From: Tubulanus polymorphus
Lineage: Eukaryota; Animalia; Nemertea
Assembly: GCF_964204645.1 (NCBI RefSeq)
Contig: NC_134033.1
Location: 10,300,655 to 10,364,654, forward strand
DNA: 64,000 bases
Direction of reading: 5' to 3'
Made by a program: the position numbers and the translations under genes. This document shows, one piece after another, positions 1 through 13,479 of the stretch. The notes beneath the pieces were generated by a model. It ran no database searches. It saw only the letters and a program-made list of their open reading frames with translations, and had not been told where the DNA came from. Positions within the stretch are counted from its first letter, which is position 1. Every line of letters begins with the position of its first letter.

Positions 1-103
1 GCCTGTACAAACTTGTCATCAAGAAACGTGAAACATTTGAACAAATGAAATATTTTTTAATATCAGTTATTATAGGTTTCTTATTGCACAATTCATAAAT
101 TCG

Positions 104-396
104 TTAACCCTTTCAGTGCGTCTACACTGCAGTAGGTGTATGAATCAGTTATAGATTTTGCTAGTACACCGCACTGCGGTGTATTGATGTAATTAGTAAT
201 TAGTTTTTATCTCTTGAAAAATGGCAGCACCTGTCAAACATAGTGAAATACTAATAACTAACGATACACCGCGCCGCAGTGTAGACGCACTATAGTGGTA
301 TTCCCATTATTCAACACACTAGGGTGGAATTTTTCAAAATTTTCAAATTATCTTCAGCACTATAGGATATTAATTAGTCAGCACTGAAAGGGTTAA
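104..396. mobile_element. piggyBac-like MITE, copy 1
   Basis: TTAA-CCCTTTCAGTGC ... GCACTGAAAGGG-TTAA terminal inverted repeats with TTAA at both ends; near-identical copy at 3192-3487. Confidence 0.85.
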
Positions 397-482
397 ATAT
401 GGTTTAGACCGTGATTTATTAGTAATAGAGATCTTGTCTGATTTGTAGGCTGCGATGATGAGATGACTGACGGTCTCACAGA

Positions 483-3400
483 ATGGGCGGACGTTATTCA
501 CATCATGCTAAACGTCAACCTCGACTCAATAAATGTCAGATACCGTGGTTACTGCGCGGAGCTATACGCAGCAACAACATCGAAACGTTACAGTATTTAC
601 TGAGTCATCCGCACGAAGTGAATCCGAGTATGGTTATAGATGGACACAGTCCTGTTAATCTAGCTATACAATACGGGCATATACAATGTGTTAAAATGCT
701 TATCAAAGCAGGTAAGATCAGCTTAAGCACTTCATTAATCCCTCTGCAGCCTGAGCAGCCCTAAGACGATCCGCTTTCTGGACCCTACAACCCTCAAGGC
801 AATCTGCAGTCTGGACCCCGCACCCCCTCAGACAATCTGCTGTCTGGACGCTTCAACCCCTCAGACAATCCGCTTTCTGGACCCTACAACCCTTAAGACT
901 ATCTGCAGTCTAAACCCTGCACCCCCTCAGACAATCTGCTGTCTGGACGCTTATACCCCTCAGACAATCCGCTTTCTGGACCCTACAACCCTTAGACAAT
1001 CTGCAGTCTGGACCCCGCACCCCCTCAGACAATCTCCTGTCTTGGACGCTTCAACCCCTAAGACGATCCGCTTTCTGGACCCTACAACCCTTAGAAAATC
1101 TGCAGTCTGGACCCCGCACCCCCTCAGACAATCTGCTGCCTGGACCCTCCAACCCAAAGACAATCTGCAGTCTGGACCCCGCAATCCCTCAGACAATCCG
1201 CTTTCTGGACCCTACAACCCTTAGACAATCTGCAGTCTGGACCCCACACCCCCTCAGACAATCTGCTGTCTGGATGCTCCAACCCATCAGACAATCCGCT
1301 TTCTGGACCCTACAACCCTTAGATAATCTGCAGTCTGCTCCCTCCATCCCCTCAAATAATCTGCAGTCTGTAGGCCTGCCCTGCACCCCTTCAGACAATG
1401 TGCTGTCTGGACCCTCCAATCCTTTTGACAATCTTCAGTCTGTACCCTGCTCCCCTCAAACAATATGCTGTCTGAACCCTCCAATCCTTTTGACAATCTG
1501 CTATCTGTACCCAGCAACCCTCAGACAATCGGCTGTCTGGACCCTCGAACCCCTCAGACAATCTGCAGTCAGGACCTCGCACCCGTTTAGACAATCTGCT
1601 GCATAGATCCCCCAATCCCTCTCAGTCACACAATCTGCTGTCCGTGGGACTTTGGTGTAGAGTAGACAATAGGTTATCTCGAGGGATGAAGGGTACGGAC
1701 CTGGAAATATTGAAGATTAAAAGTTTTTATTCAATTCGATGTTTTTGTTATTAGTAGGTTGTAATATGATGTAATTGTAATTTGTAGGTTGTAATTTACG
1801 TCAATGCGATGCACCTGTTTATCCACTGATCCAAGCCGCGATCCACGCCAGACCTGAAATTATCGAATTACTATTAAAAAGTGGATGTGACGTGAACGCA
1901 TTTAATGAGAACAATGAAAATGCATTACATTCCATAGTACAGAGTAATTCTCCTAAACTAGTGGAAGTTGTCACTTTATTGGGTAAGAATTCAAAAGTCA
2001 CATTTCAAGCTCAGTCACATTTCAATTCAGCCAAACTGGATGAAGTCGCATCTATTTTTATAAATCCCAATTTTGTATTTTCTATCTATTCACTGATTAT
2101 GAGTTGTCATTTGGATCAGTCATTAACATTAGAAACATCACACCTACAATGACTTCAGTAAGTTAGATCAGTCAGTCCTGGACCCAGTTACATCTGGACA
2201 CCACAGTTCTGCAGTCAGTTCCACAGTTCTAGAGTCAGTTCCACAGTTCTGGAGTTAGTTCCACACTGCGGCACTCAGTGCCACAGTTCTGGATCCAGTT
2301 CTACCATTACTGGAGCGGGTTCCATGGTTACTGGACTCAGTTCCACAGTTCTAGAGTCAGTTCCACAGTTCTGCAGTTAGTTCCACACTGCGGCACTCAG
2401 TGCCACAGTTCTGGATCCAGTTTTACCATTACTGGAGCCAGTTCCATGATGACTGGACTCAGTTCTGGAGTCAGTTCCACAGTTCTAGAGTCAGTTCCAC
2501 AGTTCTGGAGTTAGTTCCACACTGCGGCACTCAGTGCCACAGTTCTGGATCCAGTTTTACCATTACTGGAGCCAGTTCCATGATGACTGGACTCAGTTCT
2601 GGAGTCAGTTCCACAGTTCTAGAGTCAGTCCCACAGTTCTGCATTCAGCTCCACAGTTCTGGACTCATTTCCACTGTTACTGGAGCGTGTTCCACAGTTT
2701 TGGACTCAGTTCCGTGCATTGTTGGTTTTGCTAAAACATTGGAGAAATGTACTCAATAATAAGTCTCGAGAGTCAAACTTTACAGAGAAATTAATCTGCT
2801 ATAATTGATAGACGAGTTCGCTGTCATATATTTTCAGTTGCTGGTGGAATAGATGTGAATAAACAAGACGCTTCGTCGATTTCGCCTCTTCATAAAATGT
2901 GTTACGAAACGTGCGTCGAACTACTGAAAGCGCAACGTTTAAATATGAACATCAAAACTATAAACGGCGACACGCCGCTGAAGTGCGCGATAGAGAGCCA
3001 CCAACTCGAGGTCGTCGAAGCGTTACTAGAGAAAGGATGTAACGTCGATGAGAAGGATTGCGCCGGCATGACCGGTCTGATGGTGGCCTGCGAACAGGGC
3101 TCGCACAGTCTCGCGTTGTGTCGCGCGATCGTTAAAAACGGCTGCTGTCTCGACCTGGTGAGTCGATTCACGATTCCAGTCTATTGCTAGTTTAACCCTT
3201 TCGGTGCGTCTACATCGCATTGCGGTGTATGAATCGGTGATGGATTTTGCTAGTACACCGCAATGCAGTGTATTGATTTAATTAGTAATTAGTTTTTATC
3301 TCTGTTGAAAGATGGCAGCACCTGTCGAACATAGTGAAATATTAGTAACTAACGATACACCGCGCCGCGATGTAGACGCACTATAGGGGCATTCCCGTTA

Positions 3401-6400
3401 TTCAACACACTCGGGTGGAATTTTTCAAAATTTTCAAATTATCTCCAGCACTATATGGTATTGATTAGTCAGCACTGAAAGGGTTAACCCTTTCGCTAAG
3501 TGGTACACAGTCACCGGTGACCCGCATATTCATAGAGAATTGTCACAATACCCATGCACGCAACCTATCGCGAAACCTTCGAAGTACTGTCATTTCGAAA
3601 ATTTAGTGGATCAATATCAATTTATATATTTCTCTAATTGGGCGGACCACCTTGCTACACTTAAAAGCCATAAATCTTTTTTTTCATCAAAGGGAATTTT
3701 ACCATCAAATTCTCAGGTAATCATCAAAACATACTGCAGAATATGAAAGCAGGCTTTGCTTAGCAATTGGTCGGATATCCGAATTTTATTTGATATTTTT
3801 CTGAAAAGCTATATATTATATAGATAATGCTAATTAGGTCACGTAATTAATTTCTTTATCACCATAATGTTTGGACACTACATTGGCCTCTGTGGGTGCA
3901 GTACCCCTTTCATAACACATCGGTTATAAAATCTTTATACCAGGGGTTTTAGTAAAATCACCAAACAATTTCGATTTCCGTCTCAGGAACAGTGGGTTGG
4001 TATATGGCCAGTACTAAAAGGGTTAAAGCATTGATTTACTAATGAGAAAAGTTTATTCAAATTTCATTGAAATGTAGAAGGAGAGAAATTAAAGCGCGGT
4101 AACCCCTGGGGAGGATCCAGGGTCCAATTTAAACTGCCTCACCAAACAAACAGGCCTCTTTAAAAAAAAAAACTTTCCAGAAATACTGGATGTGTACGAT
4201 TGAATATTCGAAACACCATTCAGGACTACAAGGAAACAATAGCTTGAGGCACACCCTCTGGAAGTTGTGCTCGATAAGACATTTGAAAAGTTTTCTAATT
4301 CATTTCTTCGAATTTTTTATCCCTCCAAGATGGGCATTTCGGATATTTATCAGCGCTTCATGCGAGGCATGTGAGGTACCCTAAAACTGCCACTGATCCC
4401 AGTACTGCTTGCGATCCTGGTGGATCCTCGCTTGCCACGGTAGCATTGCCCGGGCGTATCCCTTTGTTAGCAGTGGTTGACATCTATGGCGTAATACCGA
4501 TGCTGCGAAACGGTAAACAGTACCACCCAACCATGATACGATATCACCAATAAAGATAGATCATTTTCTTCAATTTTACCAGAGTAGTTTATTGGAGGAA
4601 AATATCATTGTTAAGTGCGCCGTGTTGTATCATCAATCAGTTGACTGACAGTTTATTGTAAAATTCCTTCGGTTCGGCTATATTCTAAGATAAGTTTTCA
4701 CTTTAATGATGCCCTGCTCGCCTCCTGCTCACTCACGAGGCGGTAGCAGCCCCTTACGCACTCGGCAGATAGGATTTGCTTTGTAATGCGCGCCGGGAAA
4801 AATAACTTTTGTCTTCTCCACGCGTTGAACACCACAGCAGTGATTACATTTACACGTTGTTTGTCGTAAATTGCAATTTCGCGATGGTTATTTGCCGCTA
4901 CTGTAGTTTTTTTAAATTGAAGCGGCCTCGGTAGTTCAGTGAGATATGGCGTTGCTGTTGCATATCAGTGCTAAGTGGGTTTGAGTCCTGCTGACTGCTT
5001 ACAGTGTGCGGGCAACACTTCAAAGGCCGTCCCACCGTGAGGTTAAATGAAAAATGGGAAACCGAGAACCGAACGACGTAAACAAACAAAAAGACAAACA
5101 AGTCAGGCTATTTCATCAGCCCGCCTCAGTGACACCAAAGCTCTCTGTGCGACGTTTTGATGCGTACGTTTGTCCGGTTGATCTACCTATTTTATGTATC
5201 GTTCTGTTTTCGTTTTCATTATTCAGCAATAGGGCCTAACAGTTCATGCAAGAAAAACCACAGTCAGTCGAGATTACCCTTACAGTTGTACGTCGTTTAT
5301 ACGTGTTGGCGAAAGTGCCGAAATTCTTGTATTTAAATGTGTTTTTGTATCCAAATCTTGATTGATATAAATCTATTGGCTGGAACATGATGGAAAACAT
5401 CAGAATAAACTAGTTTCGTCTTTAACAGAATCGCATTAATGAGGTTTAACAATAAAAATAGCGTAGGCTAAATCGGCGTTTGGCAGAAAAATTAGATTCA
5501 TTTTCAGCATAAATGAAAATCGTACATTTAAGACCTTAAGTCTGTGGTCCTCCCAATCAACATCGTCGTAGAACATTTGCCGGCAGATGTAAGACATTGA
5601 CCACTTAATACCTTACCGCAGTATAATCTATCAATGCTTCGAGGCCCATGGGCCTCTTGTTGTATGTACGAAATCAATTTTTGAGCGAGTGATCGACTGT
5701 GTGTGTCTTGTCGTTGTAGGTTGATAATCAGGGTATGACCGCTCTGCACCGAGCCTCTTACTGCGGCCATGAACAAATCTGTCAAATGATTTTGGATAAC
5801 GGTTCACAGGCGTTGAACAAACAGGATAAAAATGGTCGAAGTCCTCTTTATCTCGCGACAAGTCGAGGTATAGTTCGTCTCTGTATCTTACAATTTCCGG
5901 TGTGAGGGCTGTATATCAGTTTCTTAAGGTTTTTGATTGTCTGTATTTCAGGACACACCGATGTAGTTGAATATTTGATTCTGTTAGGAGCCGATATTTC
6001 ACTTCCAAACAAAGAAGAAAAATCTCCGCTTTACGTTGGTAAGTTATGCCCAGTTCCCCTCCCCCCCCACCTCTTCTGAGTTCAGTCCTCCTCCCCCCAC
6101 ACTTCTGAATTCGATCCCCCTCCCTCCCCTACACCACTTAGCCCAGCCCTCTCCTTCCCCTACACTTCTGATCACAGTCCCCTCTTTCCACTACACTTCT
6201 GAGTTCAGTCCCCCTCCCTCCCCTACACCTCTGAGCCCAGTCCCCTCCCTTCCCTACACTTCTGATCACAGTCCCCTCCTGCAGCTGCACGTCTAAGTTC
6301 AGTCCCCTCCCTCATCTGAGCAGTGCCCCCTCCCTCCACTACAGGTCTGAGTTCATTCCCCGTACCCCCTCCCTCCACTACATGTCTGAGTTCATTCCCC

Positions 6401-7433
6401 CGTACCCCCTCCCTCCACTACACGTCTGAGTTCATTCCCCATACCCCCTCCCTCCACTACACGTCTGAATTCATTCCCGTGCCCCCTCCCTACACTTCTG
6501 AGTTCGTACCCCCTCCCTCCCCCACTCCTCTAAAGTCCCTCTCCTTCCCCTACACGTCTGAGCTCAGTCCCCCTCCTGCCACTACACTTCTTAGATCAGT
6601 ACCCCGTCCCCACAAAGTTCTGAGTTCAGGCCCCTCCCTCTCCCACACTTCTGAGCTCAGTTCCACAGGTCTGTATTTGGCGGATATTCAATCGTTTGTG
6701 TCATTTCAGCGGCATATTTTGGACACCTGGAGATTGTGGCTAGTTTATTATCAGCTGGGGTTGATATAAATCAATCTGATTCTCACAATAAAACTGCTCT
6801 TTACGTCGCTACGTACCACGGTAGAACTGACATCGTTAACTTATTAATTAAAAACCAAGCAAGTGTGAATCGTTGTGATAAAAATGGTAAATCTCCACTT
6901 TACATCGCGGTCTTACACGGCAACTTACAAATAGCCGAGGCTCTTATTAGAGGTGAGTCTGTCATTCGCTGGCAATAGCTGTCATCCACTGTCACTGGCT
7001 GTCGTGTCCATTCCCTGAAAGGCCGTCGTATTTTTGAAACGTGCTATTTTGTGTCGTTTTCACACTAGGCGGCGCTAACGTGAATTGGCCGGACAAGGAC
7101 GGACTGGTGCCGTTGCATATGGCGGTGAAATTCCCGAAACTGGACATCCCGATGGTGAAATTGTTGCTGTCGGCCGGTTGCGACCCGTTGAATCTGTACA
7201 GTTTCACCCAGTGGCTGCTCGCCAACAATATCATCCCGGACGACTGCATCACCGGCGACGGCGAGTTTAACGCGTGGCTGCAGCACGAGAAGAAAAACGT
7301 CGTGTGTTTGCGCAGGCTGTGTCGCACGGCGATACAAACCGCCCTCGGCCAGCCGGACCTGCTGCGAGCGAAAGTGCGAGAGTTGCCGATTCCGAATCAG
7401 TTGCAGAACTATCTGTCGTTGAAACCGTTATGA
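483..7433 (+). CDS. Ankyrin repeat and SOCS box-containing protein (ASB-like). Coding exons 483-711, 1788-1982, 2838-3157, 5720-5867, 5952-6038, 6710-6952, 7069-7433
   Basis: GT-AG introns with compatible phases. Multiple ankyrin repeats (GHSPVNLAIQYGH, GDTPLKCA, GMTALHRA, GKSPLYIAVLHG, GLVPLHMA). C-terminal SOCS box VVCLRRLCRTAIQTALG...LPIPNQLQNYL. In-frame stop upstream of ATG 483. Confidence 0.9.
762..1605. repeat. Intronic minisatellite (~35-36 bp CAGACAATCTGC-TCTGGACCC units in a higher-order ~107 bp pattern)
   Basis: Visible tandem repetition in ASB intron 1; source of the spurious ORFs at 960-1615. Confidence 0.9.
2190..2712. repeat. Intronic minisatellite (CAGTTCCACAGTTCTGGA-type ~21 bp units)
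   Basis: Tandem repeats; same family in reverse orientation at 28752-29172. Confidence 0.9.
3192..3487. mobile_element. piggyBac-like MITE, copy 2
   Basis: TTAA/CCCTTT TIRs; close match to 104-396. Confidence 0.85.
3484..4026. mobile_element. Second piggyBac-like non-autonomous element sharing a TTAA with the previous one
   Basis: TTAACCCTTT at 3484 and AAAAGGGTTAA ending at 4026. Confidence 0.6.
6050..6665. repeat. C-rich intronic minisatellite (CCCTCCCTCCACTACAC-TCTGAGTTCA units)
   Basis: Degenerate tandem repeats in ASB intron 5. Confidence 0.85.
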
Positions 7434-7541
7434 CTGACGCCTATTAACACTCGTCTGCGCTCCTCGGTAATCGTTCTGTTTCAGTTGTTTTTATCCAGGT
7501 ATCAAACTTAATGTCGATATCGATAGTTATTGACATTACTG

Positions 7542-7990
7542 CAGGCCCGTAGGCCGAGGGGGTTTACTTGTTATTCGGCTGATAATGCCCTTTTTCTGGG
7601 ATGTACTTATTTGATTTAAACCCTTATAATTCTTTACCTAGGGCATGCTTTCCACTAAAGGACACTTTCATTGACGCAAAAGGGCAATTTCCATGCATAA
7701 GGCTAAACAAAAATGATACCTTGTTTCTCCGCAGCGGCCAGGTCATTTTTGTAAAATATGATAAAATTTATAAACAGTTCATTTCTATAGCGGCCGGGTC
7801 TGTTATGGTAAAATTGATCACGATTTTTAAAAAAGTAATGTATAGGGTAGATAGGCGGCTGGCCGGGTCAACATTTAAGCTCAGCAGAGCGGAGAAACAA
7901 GGTATCAATTTTTTTTAGCCTAAGGTGAAACCAGAAAGCGCCTTTTTATATCAAATAACCTCCACTCTCTAAATCCTGCCTACGGGCCTG
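7542..7990. mobile_element. MITE (CAGGCCCGTAGG TIRs) in the ASB 3' region, containing a nested element
   Basis: CAGGCCCGTAGG...CCTACGGGCCTG; TTACTG on both flanks. Confidence 0.7.
7701..7920. mobile_element. PIF/Harbinger (Tourist-like) MITE nested in 7542-7990
   Basis: ~32-bp TIRs GGCTAAA..ATGATACCTTGTTTCTCCGC / GCGGAGAAACAAGGTATCA..TTAGCC with TAA target duplication. Confidence 0.75.
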
Positions 7991-9159
7991 TTACTGTCGA
8001 GTCGAGTCAGTCGGCGTTTCCCCATTCTTATTGGTCAATTAGCTGAAATGTCTCGAATACGGGCCAATAGGAACAGAACGGCTCTAACGATTCGACAAGT
8101 ATTAACTAACTGACTTTTCTTCTCAATTTAAATAATTTAGAATCCTGCTGGTTTTTTTTTTTTCTAGTTCATTATTCAATTTGAAAACTGCTTTTTAGAT
8201 TGGACCACGTTACGAATAATATCTTCCTCATGGATCATGTAAAACCTATCGGTACCGATCTGAGTATTTCCCAGTTTCAGTGATTATTACATCTGTGTGA
8301 AATTCTTCCAAATGTAAAACGATTCAAATCTGCTTGATTTCGCCTGAAGCTGATGTATGGTCGGGTTCTCGAGGTGGGAAGCCCAGGGGGAGGATGGGGG
8401 TTATTGATTATTCCATCTATATGTCTATATATAAGATACAGGCGTATACGGGGTAGGGACGGGAGGGACGGTGTCTACAGTCAAACTTCATTTACTCGAA
8501 TAACCTATGTAAATACGATATATCTATTGATTGATTGATTTGATTGATCGGTTTGAATGTCGGTTACGCAGATGAGAATTTGTGGTTGCTAAGCGACGGC
8601 GCTGAGCTCGTCGCCGTGGTGATGATTGTTGGTCCGTGTGAATGCGAATGTATGTGAGCTATGTTTAGTCCGTGTTAAATCTCCCGGTAGCCGAGACCCC
8701 TCGTTTCGCTGTTTAAACACAATTCACTTCAGTAAACAGAGCCAAAATGTAGGTCTCATTTGCATAATTTATGTATATGCGTATCAGATATTTGCCTAAT
8801 TCAGACGAATATTCAAAATAGGTAGAGATTTTTGACGAGGGGTCGATAATCGGATGTACTTTCCGCGGACTAAAACTAAAAATACTTGTAAATTAAATAT
8901 TCGTAATTAATGATTAATGTTTATTAACGATTGGAATGATGAGCATCCATTTCTAATCAATTAATCAAAAGTAATTATGATGATTGATTGTCGATAATTA
9001 AGTGAATTCAGCTGTTGCTGCTGCAACTCGTATTCGGTCAGCGTTGTATCGCTTTTAAAACCGGTACGTGATGAAAATTTCTTGTTAAAATGATGAAAAA
9101 AAGTGCGTTTGACTTAAATGATTAAAGTGTAAATAACAAAACAATACAGATAAAATTCA

Positions 9160-9545
9160 ACCGATTCACAGAGCATTTGATTTCGGAATCGACCGATTTA
9201 TGGAATCAACTTATTTACGGAATGTTTGATTGCAGAATCAACTGATATGCAGATCATTTGATTCTGGAGTTATCGCTAAACGTTGGATTCTGGAATCAAC
9301 CGATTTAAGGCGCATTTGATTTCGGAATCAGCTGAGCCTTGAGTTTGGTTCTGGAATCAACTGATTCAATGAGCATTCGATTCTGGAATCAATTGATTCA
9401 CAGTGTTTGATTCAGGAATCAACCAAATGATGGAGTGTTTGATTATGGAATCGACTGATTCACTGAGCATTTCATTCTGGAATCGACAGATTCCTAGAGT
9501 GATTCTAGAATCAACCGATTCCCAGTCGATTCAGAGCGTTTCGAT
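9160..9545. repeat. Degenerate minisatellite (TTTGATTCTGGAATCAACTGATT)
   Basis: Tandem repetition. Confidence 0.8.
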
Positions 9546-10109
9546 TTCAACTACCATCGAAATAACAATTCAATATGAAATACAAATGATGAACATCTAA
9601 AAAATACTCAGAAAAATAACTAGTTTAGATTCGCTGTAATTGTTTTCATTGTTATTGTTATTGTTGTTGTTGATATCGTTGTTTTAAATGTTGTTATCCC
9701 CTGCATGACCTTCACTCCGTACGTCTGCCTAATGACTGCTGTTTTTAATTTTCTGTAAAAATGAATTGTGCAATGTTCATTTATATGCGTGTATCTAATA
9801 TCTCTGAGGGGACTCTCCCCGGGTTCTCTGGGGTCTCACTGCTCTCCTTGGGGCCTGGGTCTTACAGCTCGCCGTGGGGCTGGGGTCTCGCAGCTCTCAA
9901 TGTGGCTGGGGTCTCACAGCTTGCCGTAGGGCTGGGGTCTCGCAGTTCACGGGGGTCAGGGTCCCCTTATTTGCGGCCCCAAGTGCTTCTGATTTAACGT
10001 ACTTGACTGAAAAATGTAGAGAATTAGATTTTTGAAGACCTCGACACATCGAAGGTTGTTTTCGACTCTTTCAGATGTGATCTGTATGTTATATGTTTGA
10101 CGATGGCTT

Positions 10110-10322
10110 CATAATTGAATACTTTGAAAACTAGCTAGCTAGATAGCTCCATAGTTGAATACTTTGAAAACTTGCTAGCTACCGGTAGGTAGCTTCATAG
10201 TTGAATGCTTTGAAAACTTGCTAGCTTGGTAGCTTCATAGTTGAATACTTTGAAAACTTGCTAGCTAGGTAGCTTCATGTTTGAATACTTTGGAAACTTG
10301 CTAGCTAGGTAGCTTCATAGCT
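10110..10322. repeat. ~40 bp tandem repeat (CATAGTTGAATACTTTGAAAACTTGCTAGCTAGGTAGCTT)
   Basis: About 5 copies. Confidence 0.85.
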
Positions 10323-10525
10323 TATTTTCTTCAATGTACAACCATTGCATGCCCATCAGCCTACCAGAGGAGGTTGGGCTCACACTGTAGCTAGCATTTC
10401 TGCTGATTCGGGCGACATGTTCCCCCCTCTTCCCTCTCGTAAATTGTAATTACATTCTTTGTTGACACATGTTGAATCAGTGTGTTTATCTCGTGTATTG
10501 GATTATTACTATTATTATTATTATC

Positions 10526-10572
<47 letters not shown>

Positions 10573-11080
10573 TGTATTGAGGTCTTTATGTCGCCAACAT
10601 TGAGAAAATGTTACTATATACAAAATGTTTAATTCATGAAAACATGAAAAAAAGAACAAAGATTTTAGAAACATCGGGAATAGAAAGGAAATATTTGAAA
10701 GGATCAAAAGATTTAAGAGGCTTGTGTCGTATTGCGCGTGTTGACTTGTCCAATGTTTAGGGTTTGTAGGGGGCGCCACCTTGCTGGAGAATTGTGCAAT
10801 ATTTAACAGCGTGCGCGCCGTGATGTAGGTGGCACCTGCCCTTTTTTATGGGTATGAAATGTGTTCCGGGATAGAAAATTGATTAGAATCAATAATGAAA
10901 TGAAATAAGTTTATCAAAGGCCATAAACGCCTCAATCATGTACAAAATGATATCAATCAATTGAATGAATGCATTAAAACTACTATAAATCAGTCATTTA
11001 TATGTATATGTATATGCATATGCATGCATATGTATATGTATATTATATCAGCTGCAGTCTTCATTCAACTACTGTTTATG

Positions 11081-11086
11081 AATAAA
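11081..11086 (+). terminator. Candidate polyadenylation signal of the ASB-like gene (implies ~3.6 kb 3' UTR)
   Basis: AATAAA followed by a T/GT-rich tract. Confidence 0.35.
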
Positions 11087-11177
11087 TATTTAAAATATTT
11101 TGTTAGATTTTGGTCTTAGCTTGCTTTTTCTATGTTCGATTTTAAACTAACTCTTAACCTCTCTTAAGATGTATAGT

Positions 11178-11545
11178 AATTACTGATTCAGAGCGGTGCT
11201 GATGCTGAATAGAGGATGATCAGGGGTGTCCCAGTTTTGAACCTAATGATTACTGATACTGATTCAGAGTGGTCCTGATGCTGAATAGAGGATGAACAGG
11301 GGTGTCCCGGGTTCCGAATGAATCCAGAATTACTGACACTGATTATGAGCGGTGCTGATACTGAATAGAGGATGAATAGTCCAGAGTTCGAACCCAGTAC
11401 GCAATTACTAACACTGATTCAGAATGGTACTGATGCTAAACAGGGTGTCCTGGGTTTGAACCCAGTAATTACTGATACTGATTCAGAGTGGTGGTGATGC
11501 TGAATAAAAGATGCGCAGGGGTGTCCCGGGTTCGAACCCGGTGAT
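11178..11545. repeat. Tandem repeat (~60-80 bp units) ending in a B-box-like GGTTCGAACCC
   Basis: About 5 units TACTGATTCAGAG..GGGTGTCCCGGGTTCGAACCC. Confidence 0.75.
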
Positions 11546-12589
11546 ACTGATTCTGAGTGCAGGGTAGAAGCGGCCGGCCGAGTCTTATAAGCAGAAATGA
11601 GATACTAAGTTATCAGTCCTTTTTTAAAAATCTTAAATAGGGATTTTCCCTGTCATTTATTTGGGTGGTAAATTTCGTTTGATATTATGTCTGGCTTATG
11701 TCGACAAGCAACGCGACGCCTACCGACGCAACTGGGTTTATCGCCGATTAGCGGCAACTAGCGGCCTACGAGAGGCCGCCAGTTGCCTCTACGAGAGGCC
11801 GCCAGCAAGATCTCTGGGAGATCAAATTCACTTGTCCCACATGGCATCATCCTGTTTGGCAGAGGCTGCCGCCAGTTGGGTACTCTGAAACTGCTCCATT
11901 AACGTTTTTGTCTTTGCATTCCGTTATAACAGCCTGATCACGTACTTGTCTCTTTGCCCGCGTGTAATGTACTTTGCATTTTCCTGTGCCAAGCTTCTCT
12001 CAACTCTTGTTTCATCCATACCGACTGGTTCTTCTTATTCTTTACAGATCGTCACCTTACCTCCTTGACAGTGTTCCGAATTTTTCCATCGATTGACAGA
12101 TCCTTAATTGCTGAGTAGTGGAAACTCAGTTTTTTGCTGAGTGCTTGATTTGGCTGGCTCGACACTACATGTAGAACTGGCCTTTGATCACTTCCCATTG
12201 ATGGCAGGAGATTTCCAATTCAGGTCGAGATACATGACAGGGGATGCCATAGTTAGTCAATAAAAGAATCCGCATCTCCAACCCTTTTAGCTACTCTAGT
12301 GGTGTATTTATTGTTAGGAATATTATACCATCTAGTGTAAGTAGTGCCTCCTCTAAGTGCTTTTCAAGTGGGTAGGGTTTTTCTATGCAGGGCTGCGTGC
12401 ATTGAAGTCGCTTGTCGTGGTAATCACTCCTAGTTGACCCAGGAACCTATTCCAATGCTCGGCTGTAAGTATAGATTTACCGAAAAGAAGTTTTTTGTTC
12501 CTCAGTACGCACTCTGACAGCGGGAGCGCTTTAACTCCCATGGGGATTAACAGAAGCCGATCACATAACAGTAGTGTGCAGCTGTTTCT

Positions 12590-12900
12590 CGCGACATCGT
12601 GCAGTTAATCTTGTCCACCCATTTACAAATTCCTGATTTTTTATTCAGACGGACAGCGATCACGCCCAGTGGTTTGTAATTAGAATTTTACTCATCCTAT
12701 GAAGGCTGCTATCATCCGAACCCTTCCTGCCCGAGTAGGATTCATTGCGGGGCTGATGTCTCCTTCTAGATAAGGTCTTCTAGACAAGGTTTTAAATCAG
12801 TGTTTTACGTCTATTAGGAAGGCTACCATCAACCAAGACCTCCTTCCTTTGGATGGCCGAGGTTCCTCACGGTCGCCACACACGTGACCCCAAGACGAGG
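12590..12900 (-). mobile_element. Possible RTE-clade LINE 5' UTR remnant, with decayed downstream sequence to ~11800
   Basis: Minus strand GGTCACGTGTGTGGCGACC...GGTAGCC..AAAACACTGATTTAAAACC resembles RTE 5' UTR motifs as I recall them; no intact ORF. Confidence 0.3.
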
Positions 12901-13479
12901 TTGGAAGGAGCTTTACGGATACATTTGGATATTTGGATAAGTCAAGAGAAAAAGTGTCCAAATTTCGTGGGTGTTACTGGTACACTTATATCAATCTGTA
13001 ACAGAGTTAATGAGTAAAACCCACAGTTGATGATTTAACAATTTATTCTGACAGTTTTGAAGTCCTTGACATACTGTCATGTCAAAACTGCAAAACTTTG
13101 AGAATCTACGAGCAATTATCTAACTAGTTATCTAGTTAGATAATTGCTCGTAGGTTTTTGTTACAGGACAAATTGTTTTTAAAGTCGAAAAGGTTGTACA
13201 GGTTGCTAGGCTGTGCATGTTATTTGAAAACCTAGGTCTCATGATTCATTTTGCTTGGCCATTGTTCGACTGCAACATTGTGATACTACAACGATAGCGA
13301 TGATTCAGGGAAATAGCTAGGAAATAGCTATTTTTTGTGTATGTTGCCGAAAACTTGTTCGCCTAAGACAAGAAAAGAAGCCCTACTGTGCGAATCCTGT
13401 GATCTCTGGCAACACCGAATCTGCGAAAGTAGCGTCAGAGAGAAGACTATAGAATAGCTGTAAGGGGGACGCTTGTTAT

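Noticed and set aside
960-2759. Cluster of short ORFs on both strands
   Set aside because: Intronic tandem repeats; only 1788-1982 is an exon
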